IMG/VR virus record: IMGVR_UViG_3300034069_000390 | Location: 1-45,405 of that record | Origin: a virus | DNA: 45,405 nt | Reading direction: 5' to 3' (one strand) | In this document: piece by piece, positions 24,825 through 32,932 of the stretch | How positions within the stretch are numbered: position 1 is the first letter of the stretch | Layout of the letters: each line of letters opens with the position of its first letter | Program-made: the position numbers and the translations under genes | Notes under the pieces: model-generated | Seen by the model: the letters and a program-made list of their open reading frames with translations, nothing else | Told to the model about the DNA's origin: nothing | Database searches by the model: none

Positions 24825-25057
24825 TCTTCCTCCTGCCTTGCCTCAATATCAGTGAAATCCGCCAGATACACGGACGAATACGCCGCGTGCTTGGCTTTGA
24901 GAGTGTTCAGCGCCTCTTGATCCGCCACGCCGGTTGTCCAGCTTGCCTCTTTCCATTCCGCCTCTGTGAGGGCAGCGGTGGTGCGGTAGGCGTTGAAAAA
25001 CCACTGCGTCATGACGTTTTCACGCCAAGCGATGAAGTCTTCTTCGGTGGGGGTCAT
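24821..25057 (-). CDS. hypothetical protein (78 aa)
   Basis: ORF track. ATGA overlap with the portal gene stop. Confidence 0.6.
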   Translation of the reverse strand: MTPTEEDFIAWRENVMTQWFFNAYRTTAALTEAEWKEASWTTGVADQEALNTLKAKHAAYSSVYLADFTDIEARQEEE

Positions 25058-27183
25058 GCCCTTGCACCAATCTCAAGACCCGACTGCATTTTGTCAGCAA
25101 TAGCAAGCAATGCCAAGCGCTCCTCCTCAGCAGCAGCCAACGCCAGTTGGTCCTGGCTAGTCCCGATAGACGCCAGATCTTTCTGCGCAGACGCCTCATT
25201 CCTCGCAGCCTTGGACATAAGCTCGCGAAGCTGCGCCTGCATCATGGCTTGCTGTGCTGGGTCAGGCTGTTGCGGTTCGTCAAATAACTCATCGATGTCG
25301 GAAACGTCCGCAGCCTCTAGCATCCTGCGTATGATCTTTTGGGGATTCATGCCCGGTGCGCCTAGGAACGTGCCAATAAATTGAGCCGATGCGATGCGTT
25401 GGCTTTTGGTAACGTTCGTTGGGTCACTGACGGGCCTAACGTCAAAATCTTGCGCGTTAAAGTCCGCCGCAAAGTCCGCCAGCGGATCATCCAGCAGGTT
25501 GGAATAATCCTCCTGCGCCTGCTCACCACCAAACGCGCCGATGTTTTGGAACAGCTTGCCGTACTCTTCCTTGAGCGAGCGGAAGATGCGCTTGTAAATG
25601 GCGGAGAATACCTGCAACCCCTGCTCGATCAATGCAAGGGTCGTGCCAACCGGCGCGTTGTTGTTGGCATCGCCAACCATCACGTCCTGAATGCCCGAAA
25701 TGTCCTTTGCCGCGCCTAGCATCAGCTCAAGAACATTGAACGTCGTTGGATTCGGCCCCGGGAACGTGCGCTCGTAGATAGCGTTCTGAATTGCCGCACC
25801 TGAAGCGTTGACGGTCTTGTAAACACCCGGCTCGAACATGATCCGCGACGAACGCTTGCCTGCACCAGTAAGATCTACACCCGACCCGATGAACCCGCCA
25901 CCAGCCGCAGCAGCCGTGCCAGCATCAATCATCTGGTTGATGGTGTTGTTCACGATGGTGGTGATGGGATCAAGCAGGTGCCCCAGCCCTAGCCCATAGA
26001 AACCGCCATCCAGGTTCGGAAAGAAGTCATACTTGACGTAGTAGCACTCACGCCGGATGCCAGCGACGGCAGCTACGATCTCGCCATCAACTTCACGCTC
26101 GCCAACCTCTACGTCATCAGGCCCAAAGTTCGCTTCGACACGAAGAACCATCCCGGTTTCTTCATCAAACGTGACGATGTACGGCTCTTCGTAGCCATCC
26201 TCGTCCAGATCCAGCAGGCAATGCTGCTCAAGCAGGCAGCGCAAACCGTTTGCGTCCTCGCTTTCAACCAGCTCAACATCGCGATAGAAGCCCTGACGCT
26301 GCAGCCCGACAATATCGTTTAGCGGCTGGCTGTCGCGGATCTCGGTAAGCCGTGGCGATTCTTCGCACGACTTGGCATCCATGGGCGCAACCAGCTTGAG
26401 CGCTGGCACATATGCCGCGCGCTGTTGCCCGTCGTAGTAAACCTTGCGAAAGCCACAGCCGACAATCGGCAAGTGATGCAGCAGCGTGTCGGTGTCTTCT
26501 TCCCACCCCTTCATGCGATAGAAGATGGTGTAATTCATGAAGTCACGCACGCGCTGCGCCCGCTTGGTCTTGACGCCAGGCGCACGCTTCCACTTGGGTT
26601 GTGCGGCCTGCATGACCTGTTCGGCAGCTTCGGGCGGGATTGGCTGCGCTTGGCCGTCTAGTGATACCAGCATAGGCCCCTGCGGCCCCATGGTCAGCAT
26701 CATGCCGTCAACCATCATGATCGGCTCGCCATCCTGCCCCAACTCAGGCAAGCCCTTGTCCGAACCGACAACCTTGCAGCTTACCGCCTCATCACCCTTG
26801 ACGATGGCGGGGTAAGCGCGAGCGGCGAACTGGAGCGACGCGGTGGTGAGAAGTGGGTGGTTAGCGTTGCTTGCGCCGGCCCAAGGCCACGTTTTCTTTG
26901 GGTTCTTATCCTGTTTAGCCAGCTTGATAGACAACTCAGCCTGCTCGCGCCAATCCTTAGCGGAGCATTTATCCGCCTCGTAATCCTCTTTGCACTTAGC
27001 ACCGATGGACGCGAGCTGCTGTTCTGAAAGGATCGGCGTTAGATCACCCTGCGACTGGGCGATAGCAAGAATGCGCTGTTCTTTAGGCAGATCGTCAAGG
27101 AAGGTGGCCACCAGATCATCGACGGCTTCGATGTCCTGTCCGGTTTCCTCCATGATGGTTAGAGCGGTGGGTTGCATACTCAA
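25054..27183 (-). CDS. portal protein
   Basis: 709 aa, immediately downstream of TerL and ATGA-coupled to it. Size and position match P22-like portals. Confidence 0.75.
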   Translation of the reverse strand: MSMQPTALTIMEETGQDIEAVDDLVATFLDDLPKEQRILAIAQSQGDLTPILSEQQLASIGAKCKEDYEADKCSAKDWREQAELSIKLAKQDKNPKKTWPWAGASNANHPLLTTASLQFAARAYPAIVKGDEAVSCKVVGSDKGLPELGQDGEPIMMVDGMMLTMGPQGPMLVSLDGQAQPIPPEAAEQVMQAAQPKWKRAPGVKTKRAQRVRDFMNYTIFYRMKGWEEDTDTLLHHLPIVGCGFRKVYYDGQQRAAYVPALKLVAPMDAKSCEESPRLTEIRDSQPLNDIVGLQRQGFYRDVELVESEDANGLRCLLEQHCLLDLDEDGYEEPYIVTFDEETGMVLRVEANFGPDDVEVGEREVDGEIVAAVAGIRRECYYVKYDFFPNLDGGFYGLGLGHLLDPITTIVNNTINQMIDAGTAAAAGGGFIGSGVDLTGAGKRSSRIMFEPGVYKTVNASGAAIQNAIYERTFPGPNPTTFNVLELMLGAAKDISGIQDVMVGDANNNAPVGTTLALIEQGLQVFSAIYKRIFRSLKEEYGKLFQNIGAFGGEQAQEDYSNLLDDPLADFAADFNAQDFDVRPVSDPTNVTKSQRIASAQFIGTFLGAPGMNPQKIIRRMLEAADVSDIDELFDEPQQPDPAQQAMMQAQLRELMSKAARNEASAQKDLASIGTSQDQLALAAAEEERLALLAIADKMQSGLEIGARA

Positions 27184-28727
27184 TATCCTCCGCTCGGGCC
27201 CGCGCTGTCGTCGCCGTCGTCGATATACACGGGTCGAACCGGTATGGCAAACGTCAGCGCCAACGCGTCACCCATGTCAGGGCTTGACCCTAACCGCTCT
27301 CGTATCTTGTCCTTGGCTTCGATGATCAACTCATTGTTGGATTTGTAGCGCGTGGCGCTCGTCCCCCATATCGGAGCGCAGACATCGCCGTGAATCGCAT
27401 CGTCATCCGGTATGCTCACGCCAGCCGGATCCTTGAACCAATCGCGCATCACGTCCCACATCTCAGCGCGACGGTTCTCGTACAACTCGTCACCCGTTGG
27501 GCCAAGTCCGACTGGCGAAGAACCAAAGTTGACCGCGTGGACCTCGCCATAACCCATCTCCTTGAGGCGATCCACGACGCCAGCGCCCAAGCCGCCAACG
27601 TCAATGCACACCGCTGCAGGGCGATGGATGCGGATGAGATTGGAGACCTTGCCCGCGATAACCATCGTGTCATCATGATCCCACAACTCGCAGATCAGCC
27701 CCCCCGCCACACGTCCGCGACGATCAATCACACCGGTCTTGTCGCCACCACGCGCCGGATCCACACCAATGATGAGCGGGCCTTGCGGGATAACCTCACG
27801 GCTACGCGCCAAGGCCACAGCGGGCGATGGGATGAAGCTGTTGCCAGCAGTCTGGAACGCCTCGTCCGCGTTGGACGGGTACTCCTGCTTGAACTTCCAG
27901 CAAGGCTCATCAATGGACTGGCCTGTGGCGTTGGCCATGTCGCGGTTCTTCACGAACGCCCAATATAGCTGATCGTCGGTTAGGCGGTTGCTTTCCTGGT
28001 AGTCCAGCCATTGCGAGCTAGTGACCCACTCATCAGGGCAAGCCAGTGTGTAGCCGTCGTCCCAATACCACGGCATGAACACTGCAATGTCGATGCTGTC
28101 GCCACGCTCTGCCGCCTTGTAGCGCCGCTGGTAGGCGTTGCCGATACCGTTTGCCGTGCTTTCAAGAATGCGTTCTGTGCCTGGCGCATCGGACTGCGCC
28201 TGCTCTAAGCCAGCAACGTGATCCTCGGCATTGGGCCAGAACGCCACCTCGCTACCATGCAATAGCTGGATGGTGGACGAGCGCCCGACTTCCTTGGTGC
28301 CCGCCGTTGCCACCGCGTAGGAGCATTGACGATTGGCAAAATTCAGTTCCTTGGCGTTAGATGCACCGGTCTCATGCCGCGCCCAACCTGGCATCAGCTC
28401 ATGATATCGCTTAGTCATCTTGAACAGGTTGTCCGTCGCTGCCTGCTCATGCGTTAGGATGAACGTGTTAAGGCCCTTGCCACCCCACATACGCCAGTAG
28501 AAACGCCCCTGCAGATACGTGCTGCAGCCCATCTGCCGGCCCTTGCAGATGATCGCACGCACTTTGCCGGTATCACGCCGCTGCTGCTCCAGCTTGTTAT
28601 GCAGATACAACTGCGCACGATTAAGCCGGAAAGGCTTAACCTCCCCGGCCTTTGTCCTGATTCTCAGGCAGTGCTTTGCGAAGTAGTCGAAGTCATCGCG
28701 TAGCCTCTTGAGCTTTGCGAGGTCCAT
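27180..28727 (-). CDS. terL: terminase large subunit
   Basis: 515 aa. Walker A-like ICKGRQMGCST near the N-terminus and a C-terminal nuclease-type region. Follows the small subunit gene. Confidence 0.85.
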   Translation of the reverse strand: MDLAKLKRLRDDFDYFAKHCLRIRTKAGEVKPFRLNRAQLYLHNKLEQQRRDTGKVRAIICKGRQMGCSTYLQGRFYWRMWGGKGLNTFILTHEQAATDNLFKMTKRYHELMPGWARHETGASNAKELNFANRQCSYAVATAGTKEVGRSSTIQLLHGSEVAFWPNAEDHVAGLEQAQSDAPGTERILESTANGIGNAYQRRYKAAERGDSIDIAVFMPWYWDDGYTLACPDEWVTSSQWLDYQESNRLTDDQLYWAFVKNRDMANATGQSIDEPCWKFKQEYPSNADEAFQTAGNSFIPSPAVALARSREVIPQGPLIIGVDPARGGDKTGVIDRRGRVAGGLICELWDHDDTMVIAGKVSNLIRIHRPAAVCIDVGGLGAGVVDRLKEMGYGEVHAVNFGSSPVGLGPTGDELYENRRAEMWDVMRDWFKDPAGVSIPDDDAIHGDVCAPIWGTSATRYKSNNELIIEAKDKIRERLGSSPDMGDALALTFAIPVRPVYIDDGDDSAGPSGGY

Positions 28728-29065
28728 CAGTCTTCGTCGAGAGCGTCGAGCGCTTCGCCAATGCCGACGTTGATGTTGCCTTCGATCTCCTTTGGCAGGA
28801 GAGAGGCGATCATCTTGGCGTACTCGTTTGGCTTCTCGTCGCGCATCTTTTGTATCGCATCGATACCAGCGGTCCCTTCAGCAAGGGACTTCTGAAAGTC
28901 TGCCAAGAGAGCGTCTAGAAACACCTCTCCAAGCTTTTGCCTAGCACCTTTGGGCCTACCTGCGGGATTGCCAGATTGCCCTGGCTTCCAAGCAGGCGAA
29001 AGGTTTTGAGGGTTGCCGCGCTTTTTTGGTGCACTACTCGGTGTAGATTCACCCACGCTTGCCAT
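28727..29065 (-). CDS. terminase small subunit candidate (DUF5681-like)
   Basis: GNPAGRPKGARQK motif. One-base overlap with the terL start. ATG at 29065 has GAGG 5 nt upstream. The ORF is open to a GTG at 29119. Confidence 0.6.
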   Translation of the reverse strand: MASVGESTPSSAPKKRGNPQNLSPAWKPGQSGNPAGRPKGARQKLGEVFLDALLADFQKSLAEGTAGIDAIQKMRDEKPNEYAKMIASLLPKEIEGNINVGIGEALDALDED

Positions 29066-29119
29066 TCTAACCTCTGCCCCTCTGGGCGTTTCGCCTCGTA
29101 CCGAGGCCGCTTTGATCAC

Positions 29120-29403
29120 CGCCTCTCACGCTTGAGGGAAGTTGATGGGAATATGCCGCTAAGCGTGAGGAAGGTCAAGCTTCCGCCTGCCTATATGCAA
29201 AATACAAGTTCCCGGCGCAAAGGACACATCCCACCGGCGTGGCCCAAGCATCACCCTTCACTGCACTGGCCATTGCTCCTGTCGCACACATACCGGCGAC
29301 AAGCATATTGAGTTTAGTCACCAAAATATCCTTTTCACAATAGCGCGCGCCAGATCCCGCCCAAGCCCCCAGAAGAAGCCACGGGTGAAGTGTGCTTTAG
29401 GGG
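29120..29403 (-). promoter_or_regulatory. untranslated region upstream of the packaging/morphogenesis operon (candidate late promoter and inverted repeat)
   Basis: One of the few multi-hundred-bp noncoding gaps. TTGTGA-N18-TAAACT on the minus strand at 29311-29345. 9-bp inverted repeat CTCACGCTT/AAGCGTGAG at 29125-29133 / 29161-29169. Confidence 0.3.
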
Positions 29404-29736
29404 TCATGTGTTTGTGGCCCGCATATCCGGGGTGTCTTGGGTGGAGAGGAAGGATCGCGCTTCATTCACCGGAACCATGTCGCGATCGTACTTGCGCTTC
29501 AGAGCCGGATGCGGCGTTCCATCACCAAGGCAGTACCGATCCTTCATCTCTGCCTCGAGATCGTCCGCAAGCATCTCGATCAGCGGGCGCGCCTCTTCCA
29601 GAGCAGCGTTGCGGGCTTGGATGCGAACCGTTGCGAATGCCTTTGCCAAAGTCGCGTTCAAGCCCATGCGGAACGGGCCCTCAGCCGCCCAGAACTCGGT
29701 CGCCGCCTCACGATCCTCTTGCGTGATCCCGCTCAT
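29404..29736 (-). CDS. hypothetical protein (110 aa)
   Basis: ORF track. ATGA overlap with the upstream gene. Confidence 0.65.
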   Translation of the reverse strand: MSGITQEDREAATEFWAAEGPFRMGLNATLAKAFATVRIQARNAALEEARPLIEMLADDLEAEMKDRYCLGDGTPHPALKRKYDRDMVPVNEARSFLSTQDTPDMRATNT

Positions 29737-30008
29737 CCTTGCTCTCCCAGGTTCGTGTTGGGGGTGATCGGAGGTGCGGGGAGATGCATCCAGTGGGTGG
29801 GCTGCTCATCCTTGGCGAGCGGGCCGAAACAGTCATGCCAAGCAGCATCAGGCGTTTCGATCGTATCGCCGCCATGAACCCACCATTCGCTGTCGGTCGG
29901 TTCACGCCAAGACACGTCAGCGACCCGACGCGCGAACTCGCCCGGCACCCATGCGTCCACCGTCGTCCCATCCCTCGGCGCCGTCTCAATCGGTTGCCAC
30001 TCGCTCAT
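29733..30008 (-). CDS. DUF551-like protein
   Basis: MSEWQPIETAPRDG...THWMHLPAPP matches the DUF551 pattern (W..I...P ... THWMPLP.PP). Internal ATG at an ATGA overlap. Confidence 0.65.
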   Translation of the reverse strand: MSEWQPIETAPRDGTTVDAWVPGEFARRVADVSWREPTDSEWWVHGGDTIETPDAAWHDCFGPLAKDEQPTHWMHLPAPPITPNTNLGEQG

Positions 30009-30349
30009 CCTTCCGCTCCTTCGTTGAAAGCTGAGGCGGTGGTGGGCTGGGGAATGTGGTAGCCGGTACCCTCGCCGGTTAGCCGCCATTTACGCTTGCG
30101 GTTGATCGCCATCTTCGCCTGCAATGCCTCGGCAAAGCCTGGGATGCGGCACAGGCAGATGACCACATCAGCAGCCTCAATGGCGTGGTTCGCATCAGGC
30201 TCCTCAAGCTCGACGAACTCTTCCTTGGCCCGCGCGATGATCTGCGGAATGGTCGCTAACCCGAATGTGTCATCGCACCACTGGTTGATGCTTCCCCAGG
30301 TCTCTCTGCTCAAGTACCTGCGCAGCTTGTCCAACGGGTTCCAGCTCAC
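30005..30349 (-). CDS. MazG-like nucleotide pyrophosphohydrolase (tentative)
   Basis: AKEEFVELEE...AIEAADVVICL...KMAINRKRKW fits the all-alpha MazG pattern (E..E...E..D). GTG start with a GTGA overlap. Confidence 0.5.
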   Translation of the reverse strand: MSWNPLDKLRRYLSRETWGSINQWCDDTFGLATIPQIIARAKEEFVELEEPDANHAIEAADVVICLCRIPGFAEALQAKMAINRKRKWRLTGEGTGYHIPQPTTASAFNEGAEG

Positions 30350-30597
30350 GCCGTCTCTCCTTCCATCGAGCCCCTGCCGGCAGGATCTATGGGCAGCGCA
30401 TCCAGGAACGTATCTGCACACTCGTCGTAGGACTTGATCACCTCGCGGATTGTCGCCTCGTTCAAGAACTCATCGATCGCGCCGCCGCACTTCGGGCAGA
30501 AGCCAAGGTCACATGGGCACGGACGCAGCGGATGATCTTGGAGGCTGGAGATCCGGCCGATGTCGCCGCATTGAGGGCAATCGTAGAACATCGTCAT
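30346..30597 (-). CDS. zinc-ribbon protein (83 aa)
   Basis: CPQC...CPC...CPKC. ATGA overlap upstream. Confidence 0.6.
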   Translation of the reverse strand: MTMFYDCPQCGDIGRISSLQDHPLRPCPCDLGFCPKCGGAIDEFLNEATIREVIKSYDECADTFLDALPIDPAGRGSMEGETA

Positions 30598-30794
30598 GCG
30601 CCAAGATCCTTCACGAGAGCAGCTTCAGCATTTCTGCGGGACACATCGGCGTTGATCGGTCGCCTCAGTATCTCAGCACGACGCACGGCGAACGAGTGGC
30701 GGTAACAGTACGAGCGATTGGCTGACGGCTCCGGAGCATCCAAGTCACCACCGTCGATGTAGCCCTGCATAAACTCACCTGTCGTGTGGTTCAC
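30594..30794 (-). CDS. hypothetical protein (66 aa)
   Basis: ORF track. Same-strand operon context. Confidence 0.55.
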   Translation of the reverse strand: MNHTTGEFMQGYIDGGDLDAPEPSANRSYCYRHSFAVRRAEILRRPINADVSRRNAEAALVKDLGA

Positions 30795-30849
30795 ATCATC
30801 TCTCCTGAGCCCCTACCGGCATAGGCCAGAGCATTGAGGGCGATTGTCA

Positions 30850-31134
30850 TCACTTGACTCCTCTAAGTCGTCGCGACCGCGACAAGACACTGTTTTTCGT
30901 GCGCCCCATGTGCAGGGCGATATCGGCAAATGTCATGCCGTTAGAATAAGCTTTGGACAGCCAGGCATCCTGCTCCGGGGTCCAGGATATGCCCACCTTG
31001 CTGGGACGCGGAACATCTGTGCTCAACTCATGCCGCCTCTGCCTAAGCATCCCCACCGGCATTAACAGCATATCCGCCAGGGTTCTGTCGTCCCAACCGG
31101 CCCGGAGGATTGCCTGGTCTATGTCTGGGGTCAT
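30850..31134 (-). CDS. GcrA-like DNA-binding protein
   Basis: SWTPEQDAWLSKAYSNGMTFADIALHMGRTKNSVLSRSRRL parallels the GcrA N-terminal domain SWTDERVSTLKKLWLDGLSASQIAKQLGGVTRNAVIGKVHRL. Confidence 0.55.
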   Translation of the reverse strand: MTPDIDQAILRAGWDDRTLADMLLMPVGMLRQRRHELSTDVPRPSKVGISWTPEQDAWLSKAYSNGMTFADIALHMGRTKNSVLSRSRRLRGVK

Positions 31135-31430
31135 GGCTTAGGAGGCCAAACTGCTGAGCCTAGCTTTTTATAGAGCAAACTGCGCACACTATTCACTTTT
31201 ATGCCAGCAGCCTCAGCTGCTTCTTCAATAGTTTTTCCCAAAATCGCCATTTCGCGGAATAGGGCAACCTGCTTGTCCCCATGCACTTTGTTCTCGCTGT
31301 AATACCGCTGGACATGTAGGGCGCGGGATGGAGCGGCATTGAGGTTTGCCCTCATAATAGATGCCCTCCTCGCCTTCCTAGCATGAAACCGCCGCCTCGC
31401 TTCAGCGACACTCAACACCTGGTCAGTCAT
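31131..31430 (-). CDS. HTH DNA-binding protein (99 aa)
   Basis: C-terminal HTH KTIEEAAEAAGIKVNSVRSLLYK. Internal ATG chosen to avoid overlap with the upstream small gene. Confidence 0.55.
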   Translation of the reverse strand: MTDQVLSVAEARRRFHARKARRASIMRANLNAAPSRALHVQRYYSENKVHGDKQVALFREMAILGKTIEEAAEAAGIKVNSVRSLLYKKLGSAVWPPKP

Positions 31431-31459
31431 AACCCTCGGCTCCAATACATTATGGGCGG

Positions 31460-31642
31460 TTAGAGGCACCGCACAGCGCCGATAGCCAAAATCAGCACCC
31501 CAACGCCACTCCACCCCCAAAACCCTCCCCACGCCCCTCTATCGCCCTCAATCGGCCCATTGATCTCCGACCATGATCGTCCGGACTTGCTCCGGTCACC
31601 GGTAACGTCGCGTGGCGGGCGGGAGGATGTGTAGCGGGTCAT
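31460..31642 (-). CDS. small tail-anchored membrane protein (60 aa)
   Basis: ATGA overlap with the upstream gene. C-terminal hydrophobic helix GFWGWSGVGVLILAIGAV. Confidence 0.5.
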   Translation of the reverse strand: MTRYTSSRPPRDVTGDRSKSGRSWSEINGPIEGDRGAWGGFWGWSGVGVLILAIGAVRCL

Positions 31643-32043
31643 GACAAAACCTCCATAGCGAGTGAACGAGGGTCGTTGTGACCCGCTGCAATCTTTCGAA
31701 TGGCCTCTAGCGCGGCGTCTCGCAAAATACGGTCTGCCTTCTTGGCATCGCGCTGCGCCTGTTCTTCCGCTCGCCTAGCATCATATTCCGTGCGCCACTT
31801 GATGTTCTTGCGCCTCACAAACTCAGGATCGTGAATGCCGCAATATTCGAGTGTGACGCGCTGACCACGATGCATGACCTCGCGAGTGTACTTGGCTTTT
31901 TTCGTGCATTGGTAAAAGCTAACGCCGCGCCCGCTTTCATGAACCGCCGCGCAGCAGCTGCCGGGCTTATTTTTCCATTCCGGCCCATCCGCAGGCCGAA
32001 AGCGTGGACTGTAGACATGGCCAGCATCCAAAATATTAGTCAT
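31639..32043 (-). CDS. hypothetical protein (134 aa)
   Basis: ORF track. Cys/His-containing N-terminal half and a charged helical C-terminus. Confidence 0.65.
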   Translation of the reverse strand: MTNILDAGHVYSPRFRPADGPEWKNKPGSCCAAVHESGRGVSFYQCTKKAKYTREVMHRGQRVTLEYCGIHDPEFVRRKNIKWRTEYDARRAEEQAQRDAKKADRILRDAALEAIRKIAAGHNDPRSLAMEVLS

Positions 32044-32191
32044 GCTTATTCCCCTCCCTCCGCTTCGCCTGCGCCCGTTGTTCGATGACCCTGCGGCAGA
32101 TCCTGCACTTCGCCACCTTGCCGTTCATCTTGGTGTTGGCGGGGGTGCGTGGGTGCTGGCAGGGGTACTGCCCCTGGTCTGGGGCGGTCAT
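32036..32191 (-). CDS. 51-aa basic Cys-containing peptide (not in the ORF track)
   Basis: Translated by hand: MTAPDQGQYPCQHPRTPANTKMNGKVAKCRICRRVIEQRAQAKRREGNKHD. ATGA overlap with the upstream stop. Its TAA overlaps the next start by 8 nt. Fills an otherwise empty 145-nt gap. Confidence 0.45.
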   Translation of the reverse strand: MTAPDQGQYPCQHPRTPANTKMNGKVAKCRICRRVIEQRAQAKRREGNKHD

Positions 32192-32409
32192 GCCGCCTGC
32201 TGCATTTCACAATACGCTGCGGTCAGGATCACTTCGCCGTCAGCCATCATCTGGCGAGCCGCTGCAAGCTGCTTGATGAGCGAAGCTATCTTCTTTTCAG
32301 CGGCGTTCTGGCGGCGCTCGCCTTCGGCGCGGACTGCGTACACATCAACATCAGCGAGGCTAGCAACCTGGGCGGCGGTGTAGGTAGCGAGGTCTGCGGC
32401 GTTCAACAT
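32188..32409 (-). CDS. hypothetical protein (73 aa)
   Basis: Internal ATG of ORF 32188..32463, with GGAG upstream. Confidence 0.55.
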   Translation of the reverse strand: MLNAADLATYTAAQVASLADVDVYAVRAEGERRQNAAEKKIASLIKQLAAARQMMADGEVILTAAYCEMQQAA

Positions 32410-32488
32410 GGTAGCATCTCCATTCCGTTGCCCCCTTCTATCAACAAGGGGGATGACGGTCAACCCTTATCTTCAGATGGCAGCAGAA

Positions 32489-32689
32489 TTATTCGTGATC
32501 GGGCACTTGCTCGTACAACCCTAATGCAATGGCCCCATCGAGCGACAGCCAGTTATGGAACTTGCCGCAGCCTTCGCAGTCGATCCGCTTGGCATGCGGC
32601 CCAGTGCCAGGGCGAACAACGCCACGACATGAGCCGCATGCCTTGCAATGCCCTAACGCCTTTTGAGAACCGTCCAGTTCGATAATCAT
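32489..32689 (-). CDS. zinc-ribbon protein, first gene of the middle operon (66 aa)
   Basis: AAGGAG sits 6 nt before the ATG at 32689. CKACGSC...CEGC. Confidence 0.6.
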   Translation of the reverse strand: MIIELDGSQKALGHCKACGSCRGVVRPGTGPHAKRIDCEGCGKFHNWLSLDGAIALGLYEQVPDHE

Positions 32690-32932
32690 TTGAGCTCCTT
32701 TTAGATAAATCAGAATACGGGCAGGGTAGTGGAAAAAAGTGAGGAATTTCAAAAGACTATATAGATTAATAGAATACTATATATCTATATATCTATATAT
32801 AACTATGTCCGGATGTGTCTCACCCCCCCCTGTTTTGTATAGCTATATATCTCTCTGTATGCGTATCCTACTATTCTGATATAGTATCGCAGTTTCAAAG
32901 GTTTACAGGAGTATCGTAAGGCGTAACGTGAA
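32690..32932. promoter_or_regulatory. AT-rich repeat island (candidate origin and/or promoter region)
   Basis: Sharp AT-rich island in a GC-rich genome. Five CTATATA(T/G) units, inverted TCAGAATA/TATTCTGA motifs and a C8 tract. Lies between the Prim-Pol gene and the middle operon. Confidence 0.5.
32777..32800. repeat. perfect tandem repeat (CTATATAT) x3
   Basis: Read directly. Additional single copies at 32843-32850 and, as CTATATAG, at 32757-32764. Confidence 0.95.

Noticed and set aside
28937-29311. A plus-strand 124-aa ORF across the terS start and the upstream untranslated region.
   Set aside because: It has the wrong orientation for its surroundings, an Arg/Pro/Ser-rich low-quality translation and no ribosome-binding site.
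32757-32850. The CTATATAT repeats considered as a CRISPR array or a mobile-element end.
   Set aside because: The units are 8 bp long and directly abutting, without spacers. There are no cas genes or transposase, and no flanking target duplication. They are better explained as an origin or promoter element.
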